Assembly (NCBI GenBank): GCA_038231435.1
Contig: JBBRLJ010000014.1
Coordinates: 50,010-114,009, forward strand
Direction: 5' to 3'
Origin: Planctomycetota bacterium
GTDB taxonomy: Bacteria; Planctomycetota; UBA11346
Length of the DNA: 64,000 bases
This document shows, one piece after another, positions 43,771 through 53,345 of this stretch. Position 1 is the stretch's first letter, and each line of letters starts with the position of its first letter. The notes below the pieces were generated by a model that ran no database searches, had not been told where the DNA came from, and was given only the letters and a program-made list of their open reading frames with translations. The position numbers and the translations under genes are program-made.

Positions 43771-45981
43771 TCAGCCGGGAAAGATGCCGGTGTTCTTCGG
43801 GATGAGGCCGGTGTTCATGTAATAGCAGAAGCCGACCAGCAGGATCATCGCCACGGCGATGATCTCACCCATGATCAGGCCGATGAACAGGGGCTTGAGC
43901 GACTGGTAGGTCTTCCCGCCGCCGAAGCGCACGATCAGCTCCTTGGTGACCCAGCCGAGAAAGAACGAGAACCACACCAGGCTCGACGTCCACGTGCCCC
44001 ACATCAGGAAGATGACGGGGTGCAGCGGCCACCACCCGAAACGGAATCGCATCACGGACATCATGATGGTCCCGAGAATGCCGAATCCGATCCATCCGAG
44101 CTTGGGGCCATGGCCCACGTTGTTCGCCAATTGACCGAGCTTGGCGAGTCCGTGCGTCGACTCCGAGCTCGCGAACTGGCCAGTCTCGTGCAGCACCGCG
44201 AGCCCGGCGGTGGCGATGCTCAGCTTGTTCTCGGGCAGATGCAGCGCGTAATCGTCATTGTGCGCGCCCTTGTTGTACACGCTGTAGGTCTGGGAGACGA
44301 AGCCGATCGCGAAGGCGACCAGGGTCGCGAGCGCTCCGACCATGATGATGCGCGGCAGGCGAATACCCACGTTCTCGGAGATCTTCAGTGTGTTGGCCAC
44401 GTATGGCGTGACGCACTCGCGGGCATCGGGGTTGAGCACCAGGCCCATGTACATCACCATGACCCAAGATGTCGGGCCAAGCGCCGGCACCCCGAGCGTC
44501 AGGCTCAGCATGTAGCCGATATCGAAGTTCGCCTGAAGGAACGGGATGCCGGTCTCTGCTACGATGCGAGCGAACACCAAGAAGTAGATCATCAGCGACA
44601 TCGCGAAGATAAGCGCGATGAACCAATCCATGTCGAAGACCAGCACCAGCATGCTCACGAGACCCGCGAAGGCGCCGAGGAATATGCGCGCCGCCCAGAT
44701 CGGCTGGCGATCCACCGAAGTGGAACCACGTAGTCCCAGGGCCTTGGCGAGGACGTTCAGGTAATAGTGCCTGCCGGTATACAGCAGGATCAGGAAGTAC
44801 GCGCCATACGCGCCTGCGAGGACGCATGACTTGTCGTCGTCTGACACCGTGGTTCCGGTAGCGAGGAAGAATTGCGCGCCCACGATGGTCACAGCGATGG
44901 TCGACAGACTCATGCTCAGGCTGATCTCGGATGCGATGAAGTACGAGAAGCCGATGATCATGAAGGTGATCCGCTGGTCGCATACCACCCACGCGCCCAC
45001 ATTGTTGAGCACCGGAAATACACCGACGATATCCCAGGCTCCCCACTGCAGCGGGATGCGCGGCAGGTAGTTGGGGAACCAGGCTTGCAGGTAGTTGATC
45101 AGGTGGATCGCGAACACCGGAGCGAATCCAGCCCAGAACAGGCGCGAGTAGAAGAGGTCCGACGTCAGCCGCGACCCCGTCCGCTCGATCAGCGCGGTCG
45201 ACACCGACGCCATCGGGTAGCTCAGCTGCTCGTGGTGCGCCCACTGGCGATGCACCAGGAAGATCATGGCGATCAGCGCGGTCGCCATCAGCAGCGCGAG
45301 CGGAGTCCAATATACCATCGTCGGCAGCCATTCGCGCAGCGGCGCCTGGGACAACTTGAGGCTCTCGTCGCCTTCCGGAATCCCACGCGTGAAGCTGCCG
45401 TACACCCGTTCGTACGCCTTTCGCACCGCGAGCGTCTCGGCCGTCCCCGGCGCGTGCTTCGTCGGATCCGTTCCCGGATCGTGCCTGAGCGGGTACACCT
45501 GGTCGGGCAGGAAGGACAGGGTCTTGTTGGCCTGCCACTCCGGATGACTGGCCTCGTTCGTCCATGGCATGATCACCGAGTAGTGGAAATAGCGGTAGAA
45601 ACTCGAGCCCGGCAACCAGCTGCAGATCAGCATCATGCCGAGCACCACCGCGAGCTCACGGGTGCCGAAGCGCAGGCGGGACCACAGACGTCCGATGAGA
45701 GGATTCCACACCGTGGCCAGGAGCAGGATCAGCGTGAAGGCGCCGATCGGCATGTGGTTGCCGACCAGCGGCGAGAGCTTCAGGACGCGGTCGTTGGTGT
45801 TCGAGTAGAGGCTGATGATCGCCACGCCGATCAGCCCAAAGAGAACCGCCTTGAGGGTGATGCCCGGGCCACCCGGAGCCGCTACGGCCGGGGAACCTGG
45901 TGCAGGCGCCATGGGCGAGTCCGGTGGGACCGTCGCGGGAACGGGCGCCGGCTCGGCGGGGGATGATTCGGATCCGGCCAT
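43771..45981 (-). CDS. Polytopic membrane protein, DUF6785/DUF6784-like
   Basis: RQW..HEQLSYP, IIGFSYFI..EISLS, RIVAETG.PF, RFGWWPLHPV, ..RFGG...Y...KPLFIGLI.GE. Confidence 0.75.
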   Translation of the reverse strand: MAGSESSPAEPAPVPATVPPDSPMAPAPGSPAVAAPGGPGITLKAVLFGLIGVAIISLYSNTNDRVLKLSPLVGNHMPIGAFTLILLLATVWNPLIGRLWSRLRFGTRELAVVLGMMLICSWLPGSSFYRYFHYSVIMPWTNEASHPEWQANKTLSFLPDQVYPLRHDPGTDPTKHAPGTAETLAVRKAYERVYGSFTRGIPEGDESLKLSQAPLREWLPTMVYWTPLALLMATALIAMIFLVHRQWAHHEQLSYPMASVSTALIERTGSRLTSDLFYSRLFWAGFAPVFAIHLINYLQAWFPNYLPRIPLQWGAWDIVGVFPVLNNVGAWVVCDQRITFMIIGFSYFIASEISLSMSLSTIAVTIVGAQFFLATGTTVSDDDKSCVLAGAYGAYFLILLYTGRHYYLNVLAKALGLRGSTSVDRQPIWAARIFLGAFAGLVSMLVLVFDMDWFIALIFAMSLMIYFLVFARIVAETGIPFLQANFDIGYMLSLTLGVPALGPTSWVMVMYMGLVLNPDARECVTPYVANTLKISENVGIRLPRIIMVGALATLVAFAIGFVSQTYSVYNKGAHNDDYALHLPENKLSIATAGLAVLHETGQFASSESTHGLAKLGQLANNVGHGPKLGWIGFGILGTIMMSVMRFRFGWWPLHPVIFLMWGTWTSSLVWFSFFLGWVTKELIVRFGGGKTYQSLKPLFIGLIMGEIIAVAMILLVGFCYYMNTGLIPKNTGIFPG

Positions 45982-45987
45982 GCCTAT

Positions 45988-46023
45988 GCGAACAGGATCG
46001 CGAACAGGATCACGAACTCGATC
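45988..46023 (+). repeat. 12-bp tandem repeat immediately upstream of the DUF6785-like gene
   Basis: gcgaacaggatc gcgaacaggatc acgaactcgatc. Confidence 0.6.
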
Positions 46024-46274
46024 GGGCCGCCGCCGGGCCGCCTCGGTACACCGATCTCCGTCCCGACCCCATCGGCGCTCGTGGTCGCACCCTGATCATC
46101 GATCCGTGACACCGCGACCTCCGCAAGGGCTTGGGGCTGCTGACGCTGAGTTGAACGACGGGCCGTCGAAGGCGTGACATGGTGGGTGGTTGCGCCAGGG
46201 CACAACAGGTTTGGACGGCCGTGGAGCGACGCTTGGACACCGCGTCCATCTCACCCGTTGCGCGCGGTCATCCA

Positions 46275-48389
46275 TCAACCACCGGTGAAGCCGGTGTAGC
46301 CGGGGGCGCCGGTTATCAGCCAATGGAGGAATGCCCCCACCGTGAGCAGGGCGCCGCACATGATCTCTCCCAGGATCAGGCCGAGGAACAGCGGCTTACA
46401 GGTCCGGTAGCCGCTGGCGCCCCCGAAGCGCACGATCGACTCCTTCAGGCACCACCCGAGCAGGAAGGAAAACCACAGGAACTTGCACGGCCAGGTATCC
46501 CAGATCAGGAAGATGATCGGGTGCAGCCAGAAGCCGGGGTAGCGGAAGCGCACCAGCACCAGGGCCAGCACCCCGGCCATGCCGAATCCCATCCACGACA
46601 GCTGCTTCCCGTGACCGACGTTCTCGCCGAGCAGGCCGAGCTTCGCCAAGCCGTGGGCCGCCGACGAGGAATCGAAGCGGCCCGTGTCCGCCAGGGTACC
46701 CAATCCGCGCGTCGCCTGGTCGATGGTCGAGGGCAATGTCGATTCCAGGACGTGGAAATTGTCGCGCTTGCCCCCGTAGGCGTAGGTGGTGTAGGTCTGG
46801 GCCGCGAAACCGAGCACCGCCGCGAGCGCCATAGCGCCGAGCCCGGCGGCGACCAGGCCGCCGACCCGCGTGCCGGTGTTCTCAGCGACCTTGAGCCCAT
46901 TGGCGACGAACGGCATCATGCACACACGGGTGTCGAAGTTGATCACGCTGCCGAGCCAGTAGATCATCACCAGGCACGACGGGCCGAGCGCGGGGAAACC
47001 CATGATGTTCGCCAGCACCATGCCCGAGTCGAACTCGGCCTGCATGAACGGCACGCCGGTCTCGCAGATGATGCGCGTGACGACCAGGAAGAACATCTGT
47101 ACCGCCAGCACGTACACCACCGCGATCATCCAATCGAGTCCGAACCCCCACCACAACACCAGGGTCAGGCCCGCGGACGCGGCCAAGAAAACTCGCGCCG
47201 CCCATACACCCTGGTTGTCGCCCTCATCGCTCGCGCGCCGCGCGCGCAAGGCCCGCGCCATCATCGAACGGTAATAGGTTCGTCCGGTATAGACCAGGAT
47301 GAGCGCGTACGCGACATAGGCTCCGGCCACGATGCTCTTGCAGTCGACGTTGCTCATCGGCTTGCCGGTAGCCGCGTAGACCTGGACCGAGACCAGCGCG
47401 AACCACAGCAGGTTGGTGCCGAAACTGAAACTGATCTCGGACGGGATGAAATAGGCGATGCCGATGATCATGAACTGCGTCCAGCCACGCAGGTTCAGGT
47501 CGACGTTCTTCAGCACCGGGAATAGCTGACTGAAATCGTCGCCGACGTAGAACGCCGACGAGATCCACGGGAACTTGCCGTGCGTGAGGATGGCCAGGTA
47601 GTTGATCAGGTAGAATATGAACGGCGGCGCCGCGCCCATCCAGAACAGCCGCGATCGGAACACCTCCGGGATGCGGCCATCCGCCTTCGGGATCATGGCG
47701 CTGAACACCGTCGCCAACGGATAGGCCAGCTGCTCGTGGCGCGACCACTGGCGATGCACGAGCAGTGCCAGCGCGGACATCGACAGCGCAAGGCAGCCGA
47801 TCAGCGGTCCCCAGTACGCCATGATCGGCAGCCAGGCGCGCCATGGCGCCTGGGCCACGCTCAGCACGCCGTCGCCGACCGGGATGCCGGTCTCGAAATC
47901 ACCGTACACCTTCTGGTAGGACGGGTCTGCCTGATCGTGGGCGAGCGGGAACAGCCGGGATGGCAGATATTCGAGGGTCTGGCGCGCGATCCAATCGGCA
48001 TGGGCGGGCTCGGCGAGCCACGGCCGGATCAGGTAGACATGGAAGGTGCGGTAGAAGCCGTAGCCCGGGAGCCAGGCCGCGCACAGCATCATCACCAGCA
48101 CCACGGTCAACTCGCCCGGTTCCAACCGCAGCCGCGACCACAGCCGACCGGCGAGCGGATTCCAGACCAGAGCGAGCACGATGATGGCCGCCATCGGGAA
48201 GATCGGCAGATGATTGCCGACCATTGGTGGCGCCTGCACCGTGTTGTTGGTGAAGTCCGCGAGCAGCGAGATGGTGGCCACGCCCAGCGCGCCTAGAGCC
48301 ACCGATCGCCAGGTCACCGAACGGGCGCGCGCGGACGCGGCCGGTGGCGGCTGGTCCGGGATGCCGTCGGGGATCTGCGTGGTCGCCAT
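46275..48389 (-). CDS. Second DUF6785/DUF6784-like polytopic membrane protein (tandem paralog)
   Basis: Collinear with 43771-45981 (VGNHLP, HRQWSRHEQLAYP, RIICETGVPF, HPIIFL, VRFGG..YR..KPLFLGLILGE). Confidence 0.78.
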   Translation of the reverse strand: MATTQIPDGIPDQPPPAASARARSVTWRSVALGALGVATISLLADFTNNTVQAPPMVGNHLPIFPMAAIIVLALVWNPLAGRLWSRLRLEPGELTVVLVMMLCAAWLPGYGFYRTFHVYLIRPWLAEPAHADWIARQTLEYLPSRLFPLAHDQADPSYQKVYGDFETGIPVGDGVLSVAQAPWRAWLPIMAYWGPLIGCLALSMSALALLVHRQWSRHEQLAYPLATVFSAMIPKADGRIPEVFRSRLFWMGAAPPFIFYLINYLAILTHGKFPWISSAFYVGDDFSQLFPVLKNVDLNLRGWTQFMIIGIAYFIPSEISFSFGTNLLWFALVSVQVYAATGKPMSNVDCKSIVAGAYVAYALILVYTGRTYYRSMMARALRARRASDEGDNQGVWAARVFLAASAGLTLVLWWGFGLDWMIAVVYVLAVQMFFLVVTRIICETGVPFMQAEFDSGMVLANIMGFPALGPSCLVMIYWLGSVINFDTRVCMMPFVANGLKVAENTGTRVGGLVAAGLGAMALAAVLGFAAQTYTTYAYGGKRDNFHVLESTLPSTIDQATRGLGTLADTGRFDSSSAAHGLAKLGLLGENVGHGKQLSWMGFGMAGVLALVLVRFRYPGFWLHPIIFLIWDTWPCKFLWFSFLLGWCLKESIVRFGGASGYRTCKPLFLGLILGEIMCGALLTVGAFLHWLITGAPGYTGFTGG

Positions 48390-48594
48390 GCCGCGGACAG
48401 CAGATGTCGCCGCGCCGCCGCGCAATCTCCGAACCGGGCCGTACCTGATCCCCGGCTCATCTCACCTGGAGCTCATGTGATCCCGGATGAGCAGATGTGA
48501 TCCTGCACGCGGTGTCCGCGGCCATCTCCGGCGTTGCGGCCACTCATCGCTGCACTGGCACCGACGACCGTGGGCTGACCGCTATTGGCGATGC

Positions 48595-50271
48595 TCAGAA
48601 CAGCTTGTCGGATCCGCCCTCGGGCTCGGCGGACGGAGCCTGCGAGCCGGCGAAATGGTCCTCGTCGCCCGAAGGCTTGTCCTGCATGCGGCGGCGCTGC
48701 TGCTTCTGGTAGGCCTTCTGCGGTGCGGCCGCGAAATCCCCGTCCACGTCCTCCTCGACGCGCGACGGCACGAAGCGCATCTTCGCGGGATAGAAATCCA
48801 TCGCCGAGCCGCCAGTCTGGCCGAAGCGATTCTTTGCCACGATGATCTTGATCTTGCGGACCTCGTCCTCCTTTGAGCCCTCCCCGCCATCGGTCCGGTG
48901 CATGAAGATCACCGCGTCGGCATCCTGCTCGATGGAGCCCGAACCGCGCAGGTCGGATAGGCGTGGCTCGCGCGGCTGGGTGGAGACCCCCTTCTCGCTG
49001 TCACGCGACATCTGCGACAACGCCAGCACGGGAATCTTCAGGTTCATCGCCATGACCTTGAGGATGCGGCTGATCTCGGAGACTTTTTCATACTCGCTGG
49101 CGTCGGACTTGTTCGAGCTGAGCAGCTGGAGGTAATCGAGCACCACCAGCTTGAGCTTGCCCTGGTTCTCGAGCATCTGCCGTTTCACCACCGAGCGCAG
49201 CGCGTGCACGGTCAGATCGGACACGTCCATGAGGTTGAGATTCCAGAGCTTGAGCTCGTCGCCCTTCTTGGCGATGGCTTCCATCTGCACCGAATCGACC
49301 ATGCCGGTGTCCAAGGCCTTGAAATCCACTCCGGACTCCGCCGCGAGCAGCTTCTTGAGCAGATCGATGCGGTCGATCTCCAAGCTGAAGAATAGCACGC
49401 CCTGCTGGGCCTCGGCATTGCCGGCGATGTTGGCGACGATCTTGAGCGCCAGCGAGGTCTTGCCCACGCCAGGTCGCGCGGCGAGCACGTAGAGTCCGCC
49501 TGGGCGCAGGGACATCAGCATGTTGTCGACATCCTCGAGCCCGGTCTTCACCGCCTGCTCGGGATTCTCGTTCTGGTGCACGATGCGGTGGATGGTCTCG
49601 TCGACGACTCCGGCGATGCCGTGCACGGTCGCGAGCCGATTCATGCGGTTGAGGTCGAGCACCGCCTGGTTGCCCTCGTCGAGCAGCTTCGGGAATTCGT
49701 CGGTGGTGCGGTAGGCCTTGTCGCACAGGCCCTGCAGGCGCTGGATGAGGCGACGCTTGAGATAATAGTCCCACAACAGCTCGACGTTGCGCTTCAGACC
49801 GGCGGCCGAGCCGAACGCCTGCTGCATCAGATCGAACACCGCGTTGGCCCCGCCGAGCGCCGCGAGCGCGCTCTCAGCGAACTGGGCTGCCGATTCGTCA
49901 GGCCCCCGGCGGTACAACTCGCGCAGCCGCCTGCGGTCGAGGCCGTCGATCTGCTCGCTGTCGAAGAGGATCTGCTGCTGGCGCAGGCGCTCGATCATCG
50001 CCTGGAAGGGATACCGGCTGAGCAGTTCGGTCACCGAGCCGGCATCAACGCGCTGGCCGTCGTCGTCCAATTCGAGGCAAGCCAGGTAGACCATGCGGTG
50101 GTTGCGATGGAAGAATCCCATCGTGTGTTCAACCACCGCCCTGGCCGACTGCATCGCGACTGCGTGGCGGCCATCGAGCAAGACCGACAGCACCGCGCGC
50201 TCGAGCTCGAGGTTGTGCGGCAGTTCGCGCATCGCCGGCGCCTGGGCCACCTCGTTCTTCTGCTGGCTCAT
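48595..50271 (-). CDS. dnaB: Replicative DNA helicase
   Basis: LPHNLELERAVL, LAARPGVGKTSLAL, FFSLE, VVLDYLQL, ALSQMSR, PRLSDLRGSGSIEQDAD, IVAKNR.G. Confidence 0.95.
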   Translation of the reverse strand: MSQQKNEVAQAPAMRELPHNLELERAVLSVLLDGRHAVAMQSARAVVEHTMGFFHRNHRMVYLACLELDDDGQRVDAGSVTELLSRYPFQAMIERLRQQQILFDSEQIDGLDRRRLRELYRRGPDESAAQFAESALAALGGANAVFDLMQQAFGSAAGLKRNVELLWDYYLKRRLIQRLQGLCDKAYRTTDEFPKLLDEGNQAVLDLNRMNRLATVHGIAGVVDETIHRIVHQNENPEQAVKTGLEDVDNMLMSLRPGGLYVLAARPGVGKTSLALKIVANIAGNAEAQQGVLFFSLEIDRIDLLKKLLAAESGVDFKALDTGMVDSVQMEAIAKKGDELKLWNLNLMDVSDLTVHALRSVVKRQMLENQGKLKLVVLDYLQLLSSNKSDASEYEKVSEISRILKVMAMNLKIPVLALSQMSRDSEKGVSTQPREPRLSDLRGSGSIEQDADAVIFMHRTDGGEGSKEDEVRKIKIIVAKNRFGQTGGSAMDFYPAKMRFVPSRVEEDVDGDFAAAPQKAYQKQQRRRMQDKPSGDEDHFAGSQAPSAEPEGGSDKLF

Positions 50272-50471
50272 GGCCTGGTCACGAAGCCGCTCGCAGGGCC
50301 TGGCGAGTCGAAACGACCGGCCTCGACCGGGATGGACGAGATGGATCGGGGATGGCTATCCAGGGAGGCGGGCAGGGAGGCGTTCATGGAGTCGTTGCGG
50401 CGGGGCCGATGCAGGGAATGTGCGAGCACGGGGCCCCCGGCAAGAGCCCGTTTTAGGGATTTCACGACAAG

Positions 50472-50480
50472 TTTTCCACA
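50472..50480 (+). promoter_or_regulatory. Putative DnaA box upstream of dnaB
   Basis: TTTTCCACA matches TTWTNCACA, in an AT-richer patch ~200 bp upstream of dnaB. Confidence 0.45.
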
Positions 50481-50500
50481 TCGCCACGCCTACATCGCCC

Positions 50501-50980
50501 TCAGGGGGCGGAATCGGGGGATTTCGCCAGCCTTTCCCGGATAGTTTCGATCCGGGAACGGTTCACGCCAAAGTCGGAATAGCCGATCCTGGCGCAGGAG
50601 CGGGCCTGGATGCGTCCCGGCTCGGCGAAGAGGAATTCCACATCGTCGGTGAAGCGCATCACCAGCGAGGTCGAGGTGGCGTGCAGATAGGTTCCGCGAT
50701 CCTCGACCACGAGCGTCCGCGGTAACGCGGCGAGCACCGCCAGCAGGTGCTTTCGCGCGTCGTTCTGGTCTCCGCTGTACAGGATGGCATCGACGTGGTG
50801 CTGTGCGTCTGGCGACTCGCTGCTCACCCCGTTGGGATTGCCGGTGCACGGGGCGAGCGCGCCTCCGACCACCCCGCGAGCGGCGGTCGCGCAACCCCCG
50901 ACAGCCATGACCAGCGCCAGGAGCGTCAGGCACGAAGCGACGGCGATGATGACACGGTGGCGCATGGGCGTGGTGGCCAT
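50501..50980 (-). CDS. DUF1499 family protein
   Basis: N-terminal TM; LAPC...PNGVSS, YLHA..TS..MRFTDDVEF, RS..RIGYSDFGVNR.RIE.IR. Confidence 0.88.
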   Translation of the reverse strand: MATTPMRHRVIIAVASCLTLLALVMAVGGCATAARGVVGGALAPCTGNPNGVSSESPDAQHHVDAILYSGDQNDARKHLLAVLAALPRTLVVEDRGTYLHATSTSLVMRFTDDVEFLFAEPGRIQARSCARIGYSDFGVNRSRIETIRERLAKSPDSAP

Positions 50981-50985
50981 CGTGG

Positions 50986-51645
50986 TCAATTGGCGGACGG
51001 CTTCCACCGCTCCACCGGTGGTCGCGGCACGCTGCCGAGCGCACCCAGGGCGCGCCGTACGAGCTCCATCCGCACCGATGGAATCCGGCATTCCAGCAGT
51101 TCCTGGCGTTCATCCGGAACGCTCAGGAGCAACGCTCCGAGCCGATACACCAGCTGTGCATGCCCGGTCGACGCCGCGAGCAGATGAGCGAGTTCCGGGG
51201 GACGCAGCTCGATGCGGTCGCCGAGACTCGCCAGCTGATCGAGCAGCACCTGCATGCCCGAATCCAGGCTTTCCCGAGGCTCGGGCAGGTCGTCGAGCAC
51301 CCGCGCACGCGCCAGGCGATAGGCGTCGGGGCTCGGGACCTCGGCCAACTCGCAGGGGACGATCCCTTCGACCAGGATGTGGTATTCGCCGTTGTCCTGG
51401 GGCTCGATGCGGCGCGCCAACGCGGCGGCGGCGATGGGCTGGATGGCGGGCGAGCCTTCGTACGAACCCTCCCAGCCCGGCTTCAGGCGCGGGATGGCGA
51501 GCCAGCGCTCGCCATCGGCGGACTTCAGCAGATCCCCGGCCAGGGCCCGATAGCGCGGTTCGAAGATGCGGAATCGCGCCGGCAGGCCTGGAAGCAGCAC
51601 CTGATCGGGTAGTGGAAACAACGGCAGCAGCTCAGGGACTCGCAT
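50986..51645 (-). CDS. Lon protease N-terminal (substrate-binding) domain protein
   Basis: LPLFPLP..VLLPG....FRIFEPRYRAL, G.YHILVEG, ERQELLE. Confidence 0.85.
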   Translation of the reverse strand: MRVPELLPLFPLPDQVLLPGLPARFRIFEPRYRALAGDLLKSADGERWLAIPRLKPGWEGSYEGSPAIQPIAAAALARRIEPQDNGEYHILVEGIVPCELAEVPSPDAYRLARARVLDDLPEPRESLDSGMQVLLDQLASLGDRIELRPPELAHLLAASTGHAQLVYRLGALLLSVPDERQELLECRIPSVRMELVRRALGALGSVPRPPVERWKPSAN

Positions 51646-51695
51646 GAGGCTCCAGCTTGGCTGAAAACGGCCTTATGCCGATAGTTATTCGTGAC

Positions 51696-51704
51696 TTTTC
51701 CACA
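51696..51704 (+). promoter_or_regulatory. Putative DnaA box upstream of the Lon-N gene
   Basis: Second TTTTCCACA, in an AT-richer intergenic gap and in the same orientation. Confidence 0.4.
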
Positions 51705-51738
51705 AGCGTCGGATTGCCTGTCGATTTCGACGTCCAGA

Positions 51739-53136
51739 TCAGAACAGGCGGTTCAGCCCGTTCAGGGCCGCCACCCGGTAGGCCTCGGCCATGGTCGGAT
51801 AATTGAAGGTGGTGTTGATGAAATACATCAGGGTGTTGGCTGGGCCACGCTGCGAGAAGATCGCCTGCCCGATGTGGATGATCTCTGAGGCCTGGGCACC
51901 GAAGCAGTGGATGCCGAGGATCTCGAGAGTCTCGCGGTGGAAGAGCAGCTTGAGCATGCCGACGGTCTGGCCGGTGATCTGGGCCCGGGCCAGGCTCCGG
52001 AATAGCGAATGCCCGAGTTCGTACGGGATCTTGGCCTCGGTGAGCTCGCGTTCGGTCTTGCCCAGCGAACTGATCTCAGGGCTGGTGTAGATCCCGGTCG
52101 GGATGTCCTGGACCAGGCGGGCGTCGCACGAGCCCTCGATCAGATGGGTCGCGGCGAAGCGCCCCTGGTCGTAGGCGGCGCTGGCCAGGCTCGGGGCGCC
52201 GATGACATCGCCGACCGCGTAGATGTGCTTCTTCTCGGTCTGGTAGTTATCAGTGATCGGGATGTGGCCACGCTCGTTGGGCTGGATGCCCAGCGCCTCG
52301 AGACCCATGTCCTGCGAGTTACCGGTACGCCCATTGGCCCACAGCAATGCGTCGGTCTTGAGCTTCTTGCCCGATTTCAGGTGCAGGACCACGCCATCGT
52401 CGTGGGGCTCGACGCGTTCGGCGGTCTCCTGGTGGCGGATCAGCACACCCTGGTCGCGCAGGTGGTACGCCAGCGCGTCGACGATCTCATCATCGAGGAA
52501 CTCGAGCAGCTTCGCGCGCGTGTTGACCAGGTTGACCTTCATGCCGAGGTTGCGAAACATCGAAGCGTACTCGCATCCGACCACGCCCGCACCGTAGATG
52601 GTGATCGACTGGGGCGTGTCCTTCATGCGCAGCACGGTGTCGCTGTCGAGGACCCGGGGGTGGTTGAAATCGATGTCGGCCGGGCGGTACGGTCGCGAAC
52701 CGGTGGCGATGACGAAGCCGGCGCCACGCACGCTCTCACGCTTGCCGTCGACGTTCGTCGAGCCGATCTCGATGGTGTTGGTGTCGGTGAAGGCGGCGTG
52801 GCCGTGGATCACCTTGATGCGGTTGCGGTCGTAGAAGCCGCTGCGCAGCGAGACCTGCTTGCGGATCACCGTCTCGGCGGCGCGCAGCAGCTGGGGGAAG
52901 GTCACGTCGACGGTCTCGGCCGCGGCGGTGAACAGGGGATTGGTGCGGAATTCGAGCAAGCGGCCGATGGTGTGGCGCAGCGACTTGCTGGGGATGGTCG
53001 CCCAATGGGTGCAGCCACCGCCGACCTCGGAGAACTGCTCGATCATCGCGACCGACCTGCCCTCCTTGGCAGCCTTCATCGCCGCGCCCTCGCCGCCGGG
53101 GCCGCTGCCGATGACGATGACGTCGAACTCCTGCAT
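51739..53136 (-). CDS. sthA: Soluble pyridine nucleotide transhydrogenase
   Basis: [25 protein letters not shown] (single Cys), [35 protein letters not shown]-terminus. Confidence 0.95.
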   Translation of the reverse strand: MQEFDVIVIGSGPGGEGAAMKAAKEGRSVAMIEQFSEVGGGCTHWATIPSKSLRHTIGRLLEFRTNPLFTAAAETVDVTFPQLLRAAETVIRKQVSLRSGFYDRNRIKVIHGHAAFTDTNTIEIGSTNVDGKRESVRGAGFVIATGSRPYRPADIDFNHPRVLDSDTVLRMKDTPQSITIYGAGVVGCEYASMFRNLGMKVNLVNTRAKLLEFLDDEIVDALAYHLRDQGVLIRHQETAERVEPHDDGVVLHLKSGKKLKTDALLWANGRTGNSQDMGLEALGIQPNERGHIPITDNYQTEKKHIYAVGDVIGAPSLASAAYDQGRFAATHLIEGSCDARLVQDIPTGIYTSPEISSLGKTERELTEAKIPYELGHSLFRSLARAQITGQTVGMLKLLFHRETLEILGIHCFGAQASEIIHIGQAIFSQRGPANTLMYFINTTFNYPTMAEAYRVAALNGLNRLF

Positions 53137-53345
53137 GCTCGGCTCCTGGGCCGACGTTAGGCGCGGCGCGCCGAGGCGCCAGATGGCAGCGGCTGTGCAG
53201 TCGGCGACCCAACGCGGCGAGCTCCGGGTGCTACCGGCTCCAATTCAGGTCCGGCATCGCGTCGTCGATCCCGATCCCATCCAGGCTTCGGACCCCGGAT
53301 CGCCTTCTTCGACGACGGGCCACCGACGGCAGGTCGGGGAGATGC

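Noticed and set aside
45984..46205. 73-aa ORF between the two DUF6785-like genes as a candidate RiPP precursor for the PqqD protein
   Set aside because: TTG start without a clear RBS, no leader/core pattern, and the hydrophobic tail (ILFAILFA) simply derives from the 12-bp repeat. Cannot be supported without homologs.
49860..50030. Intein in DnaB
   Set aside because: The insert is short, lacks C/S...HN termini and is not in the ATPase motifs where DnaB inteins usually sit.
50280..51738. Replication origin near dnaB
   Set aside because: Only two isolated DnaA-box matches 1.2 kb apart, separated by genes. No box cluster or extended AT-rich unwinding element.
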